The notes below the pieces were generated by a model. It saw only the letters and a program-made list of their open reading frames with translations. It was not told the DNA's origin and did no database searches. The translations under genes were made by a program, and so were the position numbers. DNA of 57,081 nt, counting the filler, from Catajapyx aquilonaris (lineage: Eukaryota): assembly GCA_000934665.2 (NCBI GenBank). It is 3 parts of 3 records of this genome, joined end to end, with 100 filler letters (N's around TTAATTAATTAA, not from the genome) between each part and the next. Parts side by side here need not be neighbours in the genome. Positions count along the whole stretch, not along the records: positions 19,068 to 38,032 come from JYFJ02006563.1; 2 more parts are not named here. The stretch is one strand, 5' to 3'. Below, piece after piece: positions 19,068 through 34,200 of the stretch (positions are counted from its first letter, which is position 1; each line of letters begins with the position of its first letter).

Positions 19068-22000
19068 TACACCAGTTTACACCCTACTCCAAAGTAGGAA
19101 AACCACAGATTTGGTTCCTTTTGCTGGCACAAATTTTAATTACTTCAACACTGCAGGGGTTCAGAAATGTGCATTGCGCTGAACAGCAAGGCAACAGGTT
19201 AAAAACTTGCACAAGGGCTGCAAGGGACACAGTGTACGGAAAGTATCCACATGTCCTGCCACATTGTAATTACAAAAGCCTGCGGGTGAATTTGTACTAC
19301 TGGTCAAGTCAGAATGTACGACATTGATAACCTTCGTGAATGCCCATCAGCTACATAAATCCTGATACCTTTCAGCCACTGTTCTTGTGGCTTGTCCGCC
19401 ATGAGGGAAGCGGTTTAGCGCCGTCAAGTTTTATCCAAGGAATTATGACTTAATAAACTCGGGTTGGACAGATCAAACCAGCGACACCCTGTGTAATAGA
19501 CCGCGTCCCTAATTACTACGTGTCAGGATTGGCGCTACTCCTTCAAATGACTATTGTATTTTTTGACACCTCGACATACCCCGCCCAACTCGTGCTGATG
19601 GGCTAATGAGGGATCTGCACGCATAAAAATGTCAGGGATCCAGTCCGGGGCAACAGAACGATAAATTTATATAGTGTTTCGATTGGAATGTCTGTAGTGA
19701 TTAGCTATTTTTTGTGGATTTCTCCATGAACTCCTCGCCAAAGAAGTATCGTATCTCGTATAGATAAGCTCTAATATTTATTTTTCCAGTTAAGCATAAT
19801 ATTCGCAACAAAAGTTCCGGAGTTTTTCAGTACTGCAGGTCAGGATAGTACTTCCGAAATGGGTTTTATAATAGGCCGTATTATGAGAGACAAAGTTGGT
19901 ACCACTTTCTGCTCGTACCGCTCATTTCACAAACTCTTGAATTCATGTTCGTGTTCCTAAAAGCTACACAGTTCATAGCCAGAAGGGGTTTTTTCTTCTC
20001 CTAAAACAACTAGTTTTTGCTAAGCATTCCTAGAGCTTATCCTTGAATATATGTACTTCGAAGTTTCCAACCCATATTCATGTAATGTTGTTTTAGTGTT
20101 ATATTATGTAGCTAACTTAGCTCCTTGAACCCAACAGTTTCCAAGGCTAGTACCGCATATTTGGAAAAAAAAACTGTCAAAGTTAATTCCGCTCCTGCAT
20201 AAAAACAATACAAAATAAACAGATACGACATTGTTTGCTACACACTGTTTGGGTCGCAGAAGCCGATTTTTGGGAGCCTGAATTCGTCCCACAGGCCTTT
20301 TGCGCCCGAGTATCATTCACAGGTTCCGGCCGCACCATCAATAACCATTAGCGTCAGAAATAATCTTTCTTTCCGCCTCATGTGACCCGGAGCCAACACA
20401 GGAAAGTACAGGCTCTTTCACCCTTTCGCATCCGACGATTCACCCCTGGTAAACAGTGCAGAGAAACATACGGTGGATCGTTAACAATTACTGAAACTGG
20501 GTAACAATGTAAAAGTCTTCACAAACACATCTTCAGAAAAATATTGTCGACCTAATATGAACTGGAAAAGTCTCAAACATTTTTTTAAAAAAAATATTAA
20601 AATTATTTTTATTGCATATTTGCACTGCGCCAACTCACTTGATCCTCCCTAGATTTTCCCTTCCTCTCAACAGGAATCTCCCCAGGTCTTACTTGAAACC
20701 TCCAGACACGCCCATGCAAATTACGAGCCATGGAGCAAGGAAGAATGGCTAAAATTGCGGCAGTAAAGAATATATATAAGCCAATGGACACGCCTTCAGG
20801 CAACTCCTTCCAAGCCCTTGATTCTAAATTCTTGACACCTCAACCGGAATACCACTCATCATATTCCCGGATCTTCACTTCCTGAAACAATTTGCAGCAC
20901 GACTTGTGCCTGGATAATAAAGCCTTTTGTTACTGGGCGTGTACAGAACGACAAACTTCAAGTGGGTTTGCCTGCACTGCGACGTCAAGAAATACGCGAG
21001 TTAGTACCACGTCACGTAACTTCACTTTTTATAGCCGGAGTAAACATATAATAGTTACAATCTCACGCCTTCTTGACGCATTTCGGACAAGTGTGCCCAG
21101 AAATTTTCAAAGGACACAGGGTGACATCAGTTTAGTTCAGATCCCCTGTGACATTGTTAATAGCTTCTAAATCCGTTTATTTACTGCAAACTGTGAGTAA
21201 AACCGACAAAACAATGAACCCATAAATCTAGTTTGACCCCCTGAGATTACGAAACCTCATTGACTTCTGATGAACAATAACAAGTTGGGTAACTAGAGGG
21301 TAGTGTCCGGCTAATTTTTGGATGGCCACAAAATAAAAGTGGACAGAGGACATTGAGGTCCGTAAACAGGGTAGAATTACCACTTGAAAGCGATGAATCG
21401 ACGAGAGTAACACTACATCACATCGGCGCATTAATACCGGAGCTCACACAGTCATCCGGATTAACTCGCACAAGGCAACATACGGATTAAAACCTAATTG
21501 GAGCCCCGGTTTTTTTAATGATAAAATGGCAATTTACATTCAGTGTGGTTTTATATCCTGCGGGCCCCCCATTTCAAATCCGGGGCTAAAACGCCTACAC
21601 CACACATCAAGTTTGAATTAATGAATCCAAGTCAACATGTGGAAATTCATGCGTTCAAATCAGAAAAGGTATCGGACATATTCTGCCAGCAGTGATTATG
21701 AAGAAAGTCGTATCTGCACGTAGTAAGCTAAGAATGCAATATATAGCGGTACGCATCAGCCTTACTCTCGATAAATCATTAAATTAGTCAATTAATCTCT
21801 GTTAATTAAACACGGTGGCCCTTAAAACTTTTGCCTGGTATCGGTAAATTTCTTTGGGAACTTCCAGATGGTAATAAAACCCTGCTTCTCGTTCCAGTCA
21901 TTACTGTCCTTCATTAATCGGTGCTGATTGTAGGAATCTTCCGATTACTTTTTTTTCATTAGTCTAGTTGTAAACACGCAGCGTAAATATTGTCTGAAGG

Positions 22001-23614
22001 ATTCGAAGCGTCTGTTTTCTTAATTTGTACTTCCGTCAATAAATTAGGCATGCAAGTTCTCTGGGAATTGATTTTTCACGGCTGAACTAATTAGAAGTCA
22101 AAACGCGAGTTCATTAGAAATGGAACCTTCTGAAGTATTTAATAAGAGCGCTGCATATTACCAAGCAACTTTTGGTAATGCGTATTCTGATTCCGTTTGT
22201 TTAAGCCAAGTTCGTATCAGTTGATAACCAAAAACCGGATCTAACTCAAACATAAATACACATTTTTCCCCCACTTTTCCGTTCCTCAAATATCAGAAAA
22301 AAGTCAATTTTCAGCTTCTGTAATTGGTTTAGAATTTCACTTTTGCTGCTTTTTATAAAACTATATTATGTAACCAACTAGACTTTCTCCTCATTTATAT
22401 GAATATTAGCGAAATGTCACCACCAGTAACATATACATTACTATTCTCGTCATTCGAATTGCTGGCCCTATATACACAAGCAATTAGGTAGTAACCATTA
22501 CGTAAGCAGGTGAACTTGACATCATTCTCAAGAGTTTCAATCCTAAACTGGCAGTAATAAGCCCGCACATCATTTCCAGTTGAACCTTATAATCCGAAAA
22601 GCATGATGTGACCCAAGACGCGACTTTCGAGAAGGCCTTGCATTTTCATGGGGCTTAAAATGTTTCCCCGGAAATTGCGGAAAAGGCACGGCGCCTGCGA
22701 CAAACTGCTGCGACTGTAGCCAAAGCCACAAACTTAACCGCAGAGTTAAACTCTCATCCTGCCTGGCAGAGTGACTTGGTTTTAATTCGCGTCGGTACTT
22801 CCCAGTTAATTATTCATGTTATTCCATATAACCTATACATATAGCGATTCAGGATGGTCCAACAAAAATAGCAGTTTAGCAGTTGGCCCCAAAATTATAT
22901 TGACATTTTTCTACTGGAGTAGATTGGTTCCATATTGGAGCTGGAGTCTAGATTACTTACTCCGGTGCATAGCAATATCTATGTTAATTAGTAGACCTAA
23001 ATTTAAATGTAAACTGAAACGACCTCCTTGACGACAGAAGTTCGTCACTAGTTGGCCCCCCTTTCCTAAATGACGCAGGTTACGTCGATGTCGTCAGTAT
23101 ATCTCAATTCCTGACATTCACCACGAAAGATTATCTCGTCGGTGTAGCTGACTCAGGTTGTCTTTTAATATCCTGCCTATATTCGTCAACGTCGCCTTTT
23201 GATCAAAGGTGCTCTATTTCCAGGAAGCCCTTATCAGTAATGGTGTTCTTTTTTTCTAAATGATATCAGCACAGTATGCTATACAATGTGAATAATGCCG
23301 AATAAGGTGAAGAGGAGTCTGCAACGGAAATCGTAAATTGATGGGAAATAACCGTTGACAAGCACTTGAAACCGGATGCGTTGCATGCAAAAAGGTTTTC
23401 GCCCCTTGTTCAAGTAAAAATATGACCCTAGTTAACCCGCTAATTTATTATTTCCACTTAGAGGCTACATAGCTCACTGTAATTTAAAATACCCCTCAGA
23501 ATAATATTTTGAGATAAGCAGTGTAAGTATTGTTGAAGAAATTCAAGGGGTCAACGACTCGATTTTATAGCAATGTGATGACATTGATCGTTTCAGCGGA
23601 TACATCAAGGGATA

Positions 23615-23964
23615 CATCAACGAGCGAGGATAGAGGTGACAGATGACATTCTGAGGTTTGGTTGACACGTTGAAATCGTTGTCTGGAAACTGATCGGCAT
23701 ATGTCTCCAAAGTATAAAAAAAGTCGGGTAGAAAAATTGGACATTCATTTAAAATTCAGCGGATATTTTTCCAATCATTTTTGCACCAATATGACATACA
23801 CAGGTACAAAAATCCATTACAGAAAACACGAAAATAATAATTGAACTTATATCGAAAGGTCCAAAAGTTGCGAGAGAAATAAGGCTTTTGAGATCAGAAA
23901 AAAAAAATGGAAAAGGCCGTGACTATAATCCTTGAGAGACTGGGTTTCTCCTCACTCGTCGATG
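23615..23964. mobile_element. Possible decayed TIR element
   Basis: Imperfect inverted ends CATCAACGAGCGAGGA / TCCTCACTCGTCGATG; no clear TSD. Confidence 0.3.
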
Positions 23965-24337
23965 ATGAATCGAATGAAATTTCTATCAGAAAAATGCTGG
24001 TGGCGTACAAAATGGCAAGCAGGGCCACTTTCACCGTGGAAGCGAAGCACATTACCGTTTCTCCCCATTAAATTTTGATTTATGCCGAATATCATCTGAA
24101 GTGCGATCGCTTTTCGTGATCACGAGTGTATGAAGCTAGATTCATTTATGTTACTGCCAAAGGAGAAATAGTTTCTGTAAAAGGGAAGGAATTATCGGAG
24201 GGTTCTCTGGACGGCTAAAACCAGTTTTCTGTTGTCTTAACTGACTTTAATTGGAGTCGTGAGCTAGATCTAAATCTGACTCTGCCATAAAGTTTTGCCA
24301 TACTGAAATCATAATATTTTTTTGGATTCGTATTAGG

Positions 24338-24369
24338 GCCTACGCTTGCCTACGCTTGCCTACGCTTGC
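24338..24369. repeat. 10-bp tandem repeat (GCCTACGCTT)x3
   Basis: Directly visible. Confidence 0.85.
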
Positions 24370-27300
24370 TTGTTTCCTAAGTTCGTCATTAACTTTCTAG
24401 AACCTCTCCAATTACAACACCGGATATGCTTCCTTGTGGACATCGAATTAATTACCAATTTCGGATATTTTTAAAGTCCGCCAGGAAAGACTCGTTAATT
24501 ATAACGACCATTAACAAGGCCACTACCACCTGTAATTGGCACCATTTTAGGGAGTCCTAACGGGAATGTACTTAATATTGATGTTCCGTTGAGAGGATGA
24601 GATGAGGGAGTAATGCAATTTTTTAAATAGTAATAATAATAATAATTAATAGTGACGATTTGGAACTTAGGTACTAATCGCATCACATTTGACAGAGTTC
24701 AATGTTTTTTTTAAAAAAAAAATACATATTTGCAATACCTCTAGTAGTATAGCCTATCTTATAATATGCATGATCGCCCATCATGCTCTGCCTGAGGAAT
24801 CATTTTTACATATTTTGGCTTCGCTATGGGAGTAATGACCCACATGTTCACCCTACGAGAAGAGTTCTGTTTGCAAAACAAAAAGCATACGCAAAAGTTC
24901 TAGTCCGTCACTTTTGTAAAGAGGTAGCAGATGATACGGTTAAAAATCCTGTTCCTTTTGAAATTCAAACAATATCGCTTTTGTGTCTACACGGAAAAGC
25001 ACAGTATGAGATGTAAGTGTCTTTTGTTACAAATCCATTCTGCATCATATCCTTCTGTCTCTTCAAGAGAATACGACTGACAAAAGTTAGCTGGTGGGCT
25101 TTTAGCCTAATTGGAGAAAGATCCCTTCCGGCAAATTTCACTGAATCGTCCTTATAGAATGCAACACTCGACCTGGTTTTCAGTTTCAGTTCAATAAAAG
25201 TTATACAAAGCAGTCATTTTTAAATGCCCAATTCTGCTGTACTTGTAATATATTTTTTCAATGTAATCCCTATTCTGTGTCGTGTATCATATGGAGTAGC
25301 TAGCGGTCCTATATACACAAGCTTGTAACTGCGCATCGGTCATAAAACATAAAGCAGTAGTTTTTAATGCATTTCTTGCAATGAAGCAAGGGGAACTTTT
25401 GCATAAATAAATCTGAATGCGGAAAAGGAAGGCAAAAATGGGAGGGCAACTGGAGTTGTTCCGTTTGTTTGTTATTGAACGGTAAGGCATAGAAGAGGAG
25501 AAAGAGTTTGGGCTGCAGCTGCTTACGTCCTTATGACGTTTTATTTCCAAAGCTAATGGCGTCGGCAGCCTCAGAATCCAAAATGTAGGTCAGGCCACGT
25601 GGCGAACTTTTGCAAACCCGAAATGTATGCAGTCATGTCATACCTCCAGACCATTCACTCTTACAATATGACATCTCGCATCATCATCAAAGCGCAAAAA
25701 AAAGTAACGCTCAATTAATTTCAGGTAAATCCGTGTAAAATCATACGAATTTAGTTGAGCGTAAAAAGTGAGTGTGCAGTAAAAATAATTTGGCGAGATA
25801 TGCAAAGAGAGAATTTCTGGGTGTGTTGATACAGCTCCTTCCACAAAGGTAAGCATAGTATGCTGACGGTATAAATCTGTCAGCAATAGACTAAGGGAAA
25901 GTTATAGTAAAGTGATGATTGTTGCAAAGGGTCACACTTTTTTGACACATACCTTTAGACCCATGTTCTCCTTGGTTCGGACGGACGGAGCCCAACTAAA
26001 AGGGGGTCTCATAGAAGCAGAAAAAGGCGGCTTAAACGAGTGTAAATAATCAACAGTGGGTTATAAATCGAGCGGACCAACTGGCCGAGTGACTGGTTGG
26101 GCAGGAGAAAAAGGAAAAAACGCTGAAGAGCCATTATTTCCAGGAAAGAGGAGACGAAGGAAGCGATAGAAAATGGCAGAGTAATAGAATTTTTTGGTGA
26201 AGTTCGACCATTTTACTCTTTATATGAGACGTTCAGGTTTTTAAGTCCACTAGAAATGTCCCGCTGTCGTTCTTTGCCGGGGGAATTAAAATGTCAATAA
26301 AAGAAGCCTAATGGGATGTTACAGGGTCCGAAGTGTTTAAAAAGAGGGGCAGACAGCAAGTGATCCCGAAGAGAATAAAAATAAAGCGTCCCTTTTGTAA
26401 TTCTACACCTTTTTAATCTTTCTGTCGGCACCACTGCCATTAGTCTTAACACAGAGAACGTGACTTTTTTTGTGCCACGTGATACGCTGTTTCCTGTGTT
26501 AAAATCGGGCTTGTAACTTCACTTCAGATGTTTCAGGATGCAATAATAGTCTGTCTGTCTGTGGTGTAATGTGTCACAAAAGAAATAGTAATTGACATAT
26601 GCTTATACGATCCAAAGAGTACAGCGTAAAGACATATCCTCCTCTTGACATAAATTAAACTCGAAGATACAAAAATGTAAACTAGTAATGCACGTCCTGG
26701 CTTCCAATTGAAAATCTCAAATCACGTCTCGAAATGGCTCCAAAAACTATTTTAATGCCGGTCGTAAACAGGAGCAAGAAAATGCCATGTCCCGTTCTAA
26801 GTAAATAAAAAGACTCGAGTGAATGAAGGCAAGCTGAGCAATCTGGCTTCTTTCCAAAATAAAAGGGTGAGTCGACGACCGTTGGGAGCCTAAAAGAAAC
26901 GGAAAAGTCGAGGACCTCTGATTTCATGGTCCGTTAGAACGATTGGAAGAGACACCTCTTAACGACCATTGCAGCCACCGTCTTTAATCAAATCGAACTG
27001 AGCCAGGATTAGAGTCGTAAGTGCAACTGCTTTCCTTCGTCCAGAGATGACATCTAAGGGACCATGAGCCAATGGGTCCGGTGCAATTATTGTCACAAGT
27101 TATAACAACCTCGTTGCAGACCAGAATGCACAAAAGACGGAGTTAAACGACAGAGATCAAATTTCAAACATGGACAAAGAAGAGAGAGAGCACATCGTTA
27201 ATTGAATTTAATTACACGTTTTATGACGTAGGCGGGAAGAGGTAAGTTGGTTCCACCACATCAAAGCCGTTCCATGTATTACCCCTAATGAAATTGTCCA

Positions 27301-30300
27301 AACCCAGTTCAAAATGAGACATTCCCTTCAAACCCCATATATGGGAGGATCAAAATAATTTTTTAAAGCTCATACCAAAAAAAACGTACCCGAAATATAC
27401 GACCTGAAAAGTATGTCGTCACTACCTCCCATCCCAAACAATACCCACCCATATAAAGAAAGGTTTCCGCACTATGATTGAGCGACCCTTCAATCATTTC
27501 TCATGAAACTTACTGAACTTCAGTATAAAAAGAATCCGCATCTTTTTTTATCGTCCTGCTTGTGTGCTCCCTTTCAAATCTTATTCCTCCATTTGTGGTC
27601 TGGATGCATGACATAAGAGAGAGCTTTTGGGAAAAAAGTTGAACGATCACGTTCGCTTCTCTTTTGTCTGCAGGCCAATATCCCGGGCACAAGTTGACCC
27701 AACTCTGCAAAGTTCTCCATAAAATTGGAAACGAGTTGGCTGAATATCAAAGGCATGCCCGCTGACACATTTTCGGCTAATTCGATTCAGATGCCTTTTG
27801 GGGGGGACAAAACAGTTGCGTCATTGTCAACATCGTCTCACGTGGGCTCCGAATGTGCGGAAACGTCGCCAAACTTGATAGTGTAAGCAATCAAGGGGGG
27901 CGGCCACAAATTAATTCCCCATCTCCCAGCTTGCTAATGAAAAGTGGGCTTGGTTCGAGCAAGGGCCGGATATTGGACCTAAACTGATCTGTAAGTTGAC
28001 CCAACAAGTGTTTGCTAAAAAGGGATGTGTCGCTAGAGACTGTCCGAAAACACATGCTGTAGCCTACTGTACATATACAGCGACAATTATTCGGTATAAA
28101 AAATTAATGTACAAACCACATGATTTATGGGTATTCCGTGTTCTAATTTTTAAGCAACATAACCAAAAAGAAATCGTACTGCAGGGAGTCAAACCGCATA
28201 TCTTGAAATATAATGCATGAAATGTACCGAGCCGTTTGCGTGCCCCATATATCCCTACTGTATACACATCAATTCCGAATGAAGCAGACCACTTGGGACA
28301 ACATTTCCGGTGTCAATATGAAACATTGAAAAGGTTGCAAAGTTCGTGTTAAATAAAAGTGTGCGTGACAATATGTCGTACCGTACAGGTAAAGTTATAC
28401 GAAACAGGATATAAAAAAATAAATGTCAAAATTCGACCGTGTGTGCCTCCTGAGTATCTCCATGTAGTTCATAGCACACGACAGCAGGCAAGTCCGCAGC
28501 TTTCAATCTCATTTGTCCGCTCACTTGTACCCATCAGGATAACAGGACATGTATCGGATCTAGTTCCAACGATTTATGGGTCTATAAAAGGCTTTTACGA
28601 GGATACGAACATGGAAGAGACCTCGAGCATGCAGCACATGTGTAAAACATTATTATCTACAGGTTCTCTCTTTTTCTTGCAGTCTACAGGACATATCTGG
28701 CAACTATTGATATACACGTGTCAAAAGCGATTATGACAAAATGTATTCTGGCAATCATTGGGTGTAATTTGCAAGTGAGTAATCGGTCCCTCATGAATTG
28801 ACCTAAGCATTTTGCTCATTCTTGTAAGGCACTCTTCCTATTAAATACCGCTACACCCACTGACATCCGACCCATGAGACCCATATGAAAGAAGAAAAAA
28901 AAAGGAGGCCAAGGTTCCCACACATAGCTCGCATGTGGCTGCAGATACTGCAGTTCCACAATTTTAATTCTATTATAGCGCTGCGAACTCTCGACTATCC
29001 GTCCGCCCACCTATAACCCAAACACGCCCACACACACAGAACATCCAAAATAATCAAACGCGTCAATTACATCCCTTTACAAACACACATAATTAAAGCG
29101 TCGACAGATAATTGGAAAATGATCGGCACGAAAACGAATTACCCGGAACCGCTCGTATGATTCACGGTTCTCATAGTATACGCCGTATCTATTTAAAAAT
29201 GGTCTCACTCAACACGAACTGCTGAAGGCAAAAACAATATCTCTGAACTTTGCTTTTCCATTTTCATTTGACGCTATATTATCGGTCATTCAATCCACGT
29301 CTAATTTTCCAATATTATTATTAAAGGTGTAGGCTACAATTTTTCCCCTTTTTAAACAGCTAGCTCTGTACTTATAAGTAGCTACTCTCAGTAGTTATTT
29401 AAAATAGCAGCTGTGAATATTGGTATTGAATCACTAATACTATCTCTGACGTGTAATTTTTCGTTTTGGAGTAGACCAATTGGCATTCATTTTTTTGCAG
29501 TAATAAATTTGCAGTAATAAATTACCGGTAATGATATAATACACAAACCTTCCGCTGCAATCTCGGTATAGATCCCTCGCACTCTATTATTATTGGCGCG
29601 GCAGGTGAGAAATGTGGGCTTACTTGCTGTCGAAAGACTCACTCACACACGTCCACCTGTCGACCCCCCCCCCCCTTACCTCCATNCCCTTTTTTTTCCT
29701 CTTCACTCACTCACGCAATGGACATCTCTGGTGCTAGATTGAACTTGGTTGTCATGACTATATATGGTCGCGCTGACACTTTCACTCGTCCAAGTGAGTG
29801 AGAGAGAAGTCGGAAAAAAAACAACAACTGGAGGGTGCCACATCAAAAATTCGCCAACTAATATCGCGGAAAAAGATTAATGACTTGTTTTATTGCACTC
29901 TCTGTGATTGATTGGTGTCTGTGATAAGAATGATAACCGACTCCTTTCTACATCCCTGATGTTGGCGGTCTCATGCCACAGTGTAGTAAGTAGCAGAGGT
30001 TGCGAAATGATAAGAAACAAAGCATATTTGCGCATTTGGTCAGTGAGGCGGGGTCCTGCTCACGTAAACCCCATGGGTCACTTTACCTTCGGGAAAATTA
30101 CTAATGCAAAGCATCTGCGTGATCTACCGAAATTTCATTACACCTTGATCGTATGGATTACTTGCGGCTAATGTATTTTACAATATTTATTTGTTCAATT
30201 CATGTGACAAGGAGTCGTTTCAATTCATTTTTTTTACTTCCTTTTAACTATACTCCCAAGCAAACAGCCTTACAATATTATAAGCTTGTGACCATATTTT

Positions 30301-33300
30301 CTTCGTACATACAGTATAGCCTATCTTACACTACATGTGGGCGGTCATGAAAATAATTCGAAGCGTCAAAAAAGGCGGACCACCACCTCTCGAGCACGTT
30401 ACAATCAAAGGTGGGTTTTTCGTCCTTCTGATAAGTGCTAGTAAGTGCTTCTGCTATATACAGTCGGATACTCTCTCCCGTAACCTTTCGTAGGAGTTTC
30501 CATGGTTACATGATCCTAGCTATACTGCATCCAGCTTTAGAGTAGTATGACGTCACAAAGGGCTACAAGGCTCTCAACAATAGCAATAATGGAACTCGGT
30601 ACACTCTATGCCAAAGCCAAACACATCATCTTCAAAGCATGGCATTCGTAAGACACAAAATTAAACATTAGGCTCAGTGCAAATAAAAACATCGTAAAAA
30701 CTCGAGACTAATTATAATAATCGGACAAACCAGAGTCACAAGGATTGTTCTCTTATCCTCCAGCTAGAAACACAAACCATCGCTAATAAAGCCCATATAG
30801 TCAGTCACCCATCAATAATAATAATCTTGCGCCGGTGGGATATTTACTCTCGGGCAGGTTGAGAGGAAAGCCATCACACTGAAGATGAGACCTATGGATG
30901 CTGCGGCCCATCTCCTCAGGTTACCTATCCGAATGAGCAATAAAAGCTTCGCCGCCTCATTCCTTCTACAAGTATATATATTTTTACGAGACTAATACTT
31001 GCCTTGAAGCGACCCCTCCGACATTTACCACCTCCGCCGACCAATAACACCCAAGCTTATTAGGGCTTCTTGGCTGGGAATAGCTCCGAGGGCAAGGGCG
31101 ATGGCACGTGTCGCCTGATGATCGAGGGTTGTCTGCCTGCCATCACTAATACTCATCGCGGAGATGAGTCTAGTTTCCAATTCTAATGCACACTTTATGT
31201 ACTGGGATTATCGGAGGAGATTACGAGGTATTTCGGTAGTTTAAACATGACGCTCGTTTATCGTTTTGGGAGGGTTTTCGAGGAATTGGAATTTTTAGAT
31301 TCATATCAGATTAATTTATTTTTAATGTTATGTCAGATGTATGGTATGCTTTCTGTCGTAAGGTTTGGCCAGACGTGTCATGCAACAGTCAGTGATGGCC
31401 TAAGGTGGAGTCTATGGGAAAAAACAGTTATTTTATTACATTTGCCTGAATCTACGTTTGATAGGTACTTGTAGTACTGGTTGGAGTCCAAAGTTATAAT
31501 TTATTAAAAGGTAGCACCTAGATTATAAATTAAAACTGGAGAGCCCGTGGAGGGACGCACACCTGCCAGGATACTTTACACCTGCTTTGAAATTCATTAC
31601 CCCATATCAGTCAAGAGGCTGCAGACACCAAATTGTGCCTCTATATGGAAAGCGATACTCTGATATCCGGAAGTTCACTGTAGAAGAAAATCCTATTCAT
31701 TATGGGGAAAAAAAGGATTGTGGAAAGTGAGGAAGAGGTCTAGGATATGCAGTGACTGAAACCTAATATCATACGATTAGTGTGTCTAAACTTACTTTGG
31801 TCTGCTTGCCTGTGCTGGAAATACTGTACCGTATTCATACTTACAATAGAGCATACCATTTTACATTGGCAGCTCATTATTACAGTATAGGCTACCAAGT
31901 CAAGATCCAGAGGACTGGTTTAATATTAGGTTTGGTTTATGGAAGGAGCAGAGGCAAAAGCAAAACTATTCATCATATAGCATTTCAACAAATTCTTGGC
32001 CTCTTTGTCCCAAATCCCCAATATTTTGCTCATTATTTTATGAATATAATCTCTACACTTTAAGTAACTTCTTGCTGTTGCATTACTGCTTAAGATTAGA
32101 TTAGATATCAAGTTGAGTGACATACTATACTGTATACAGAATAGTAGCTGTGAGGTGCAATGTACGTCCTCTCATGAACCAAAGCTCAATAATTGCTGCA
32201 CTGCTTTTCAGACATGCGGAAACACTGTCACTGTACTTTTCAGAGCTGGAACGACTGGTGCAACGTTACCAAAGTCGGCAGCAGTCATCTTTAGGTAGGC
32301 AAAAAGGTACTTAACAGCCCCCTGAAGTAAAGGCCCTGGTACTGCAGTGCTTGGTTGATCTATCCCTTTTAATTACCTACACTCCTTCCCTGTATCAAAG
32401 AATTCTCGGAAAATCCTGAAAACATGAGTAATTTCAACTCCATACGTGCAAGAAATCAAGGTCTTCTTTTTTCACTTTATGGAATTCCAAGAGTAAATAT
32501 TATCAGAGGGGGAAACGCCCATCACATATTTTCTCCTGCAGGCTAATCGAAGGTTGCTGAATGAGCCCTCTCTCTTCCATGCTGTTATAGTGACTTGCTA
32601 TACCTGCTTCCATAGGAATGATACAATAAGAGCATGACTCATTCAATTTATATTCACCAGGGATACACACACCACACAAAACAGATCTACAACTCCGTTC
32701 CAATCCAATTCATCGGTGTAGTGAAAGGCTCACCAGAAATGGCTGTCACCAGCCACTCACAAGCCACACTTCCTCTTCAATTTCAACATTAGCCATCTAA
32801 CTCAACACCTATATCTGTTCCCTGCTTCTCACTAGATGCAGAAAAAAATCTCTAGCATTGCCATGGAATGCTTATATTGTCATTTCTAAAAACTGTAGCA
32901 ATAATCCAATCAGGCTTATTGCAATAAATCTGCAACATGAAACAAAAATAAAACTCTAAATTGCCACCTCTTCCTGCAGTTATCCGTTGTGTAACAGGTA
33001 CCTGAACTAACAGTGTTCATTGACTAGAAACAAGTAGGGACTATTACTTATAGATCAAATTGTCACAATATTACCCCAAAAGTAACATGAATTAAGAAAT
33101 AATTACAACCTACAACGATTTTCATCACTCAAGTAACACTCACCACTTGTGCTTGGACTCACTTGACACAACAGTTTTACAAAACCTACATTTCAATATA
33201 GACCATGCAGCCAAGTGGCTCTTCATGGCATCTGTTAATTGGTCCATTCAGCGCATTTCAATATGCAAATTTTTTCATCGTTACACCCATTCACTTATTT

Positions 33301-33898
33301 CTGCCTTGACAAACTTATTGTCTTAACACATGCTATCATTCCAGTTTACTTCCCTTGTGCCAATCATAGTTGCCATTCCTTGTCCACAACCGAACTGTCT
33401 CATATCTTTCTTCGGACAATGGCCTAGCTCTTTCAACTTGGATCAAGTTCAGAAAATGCAAAGGTTGTGCTGGAATTATTCATGCTGCTGTACATGGCTT
33501 ATTGCTCATGCTCAAAGAACTTGTCAATTAATGCATGTAAAAGAGAATTACAGAATGTGCATTCATAATATAATTACTTGGCTCAATAGTGCAGCCTACT
33601 TTACACACCAACAAAGGGACTTATTAATCCACTCAACAAATGAGAAACATGGCACTTTAAAAAGCAGATTACACACTAGAGAATATTTCAAATTCGCAAA
33701 ATAGTTTCATTTCTAAAAGGTGGTGAGAAATAAAATATTAACTGTGCAAATTTGAGAGCACAACCAGCCAAATATGACTGCTAGCATACATTTTTTCACA
33801 TGTCCTGTGAATGCTGCTCTCAGCACCACATGCCTCACATATGCCAAGTGAGGAATATGCTGCAAGAAGTGGCAGCCACAGTACATGAAAAATAATTA

Positions 33899-34200
33899 GG
33901 CTATTTTCACACAAGGCCACCATGGACGCGCTGCAATGGCAGCGCCTCCAGGTCTTTGCAATGCTGCAAGTGGAGCCTTTCATACGTGGGGGTTGGCAGC
34001 GCTGCCCACACGCAGCCAGAAATACTGGTGGCAGGCAGGGCGATTTTCGGGGCTGCCAGCCTCTGCCAACTGGCCGTTTCGCCACGTGTTTGCATTGAAT
34101 CATATGGAGCCTTTCACACAAGACGCGACTTTTGTTGCAGCCAGCAGTGCGCCTAATTTATGCAGCAGCGCTGCCATGGTGGCCTCATGTGAAAATAGCC
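33899..34200. mobile_element. PIF/Harbinger MITE
   Basis: TIR GGCTATTTTCACA / TGTGAAAATAGCC extending imperfectly to ~35 bp; TTA TSD on both sides. Confidence 0.85.

Noticed and set aside
20609..20824. Minus-strand frame with a hydrophobic, signal-peptide-like stretch (IGLYIFFTAAILAILPCSMA) followed by a good donor CAA|GTAAGA
   Set aside because: No upstream in-frame ATG, weak acceptor, no partner exon and no recognisable homology; likely chance.
26119..31190. Hammerhead ribozyme cores at CTGAAGA/CTGATGA motifs (~26122, ~30879, ~31115)
   Set aside because: No correctly placed stem II plus GAAA and stem III could be formed.
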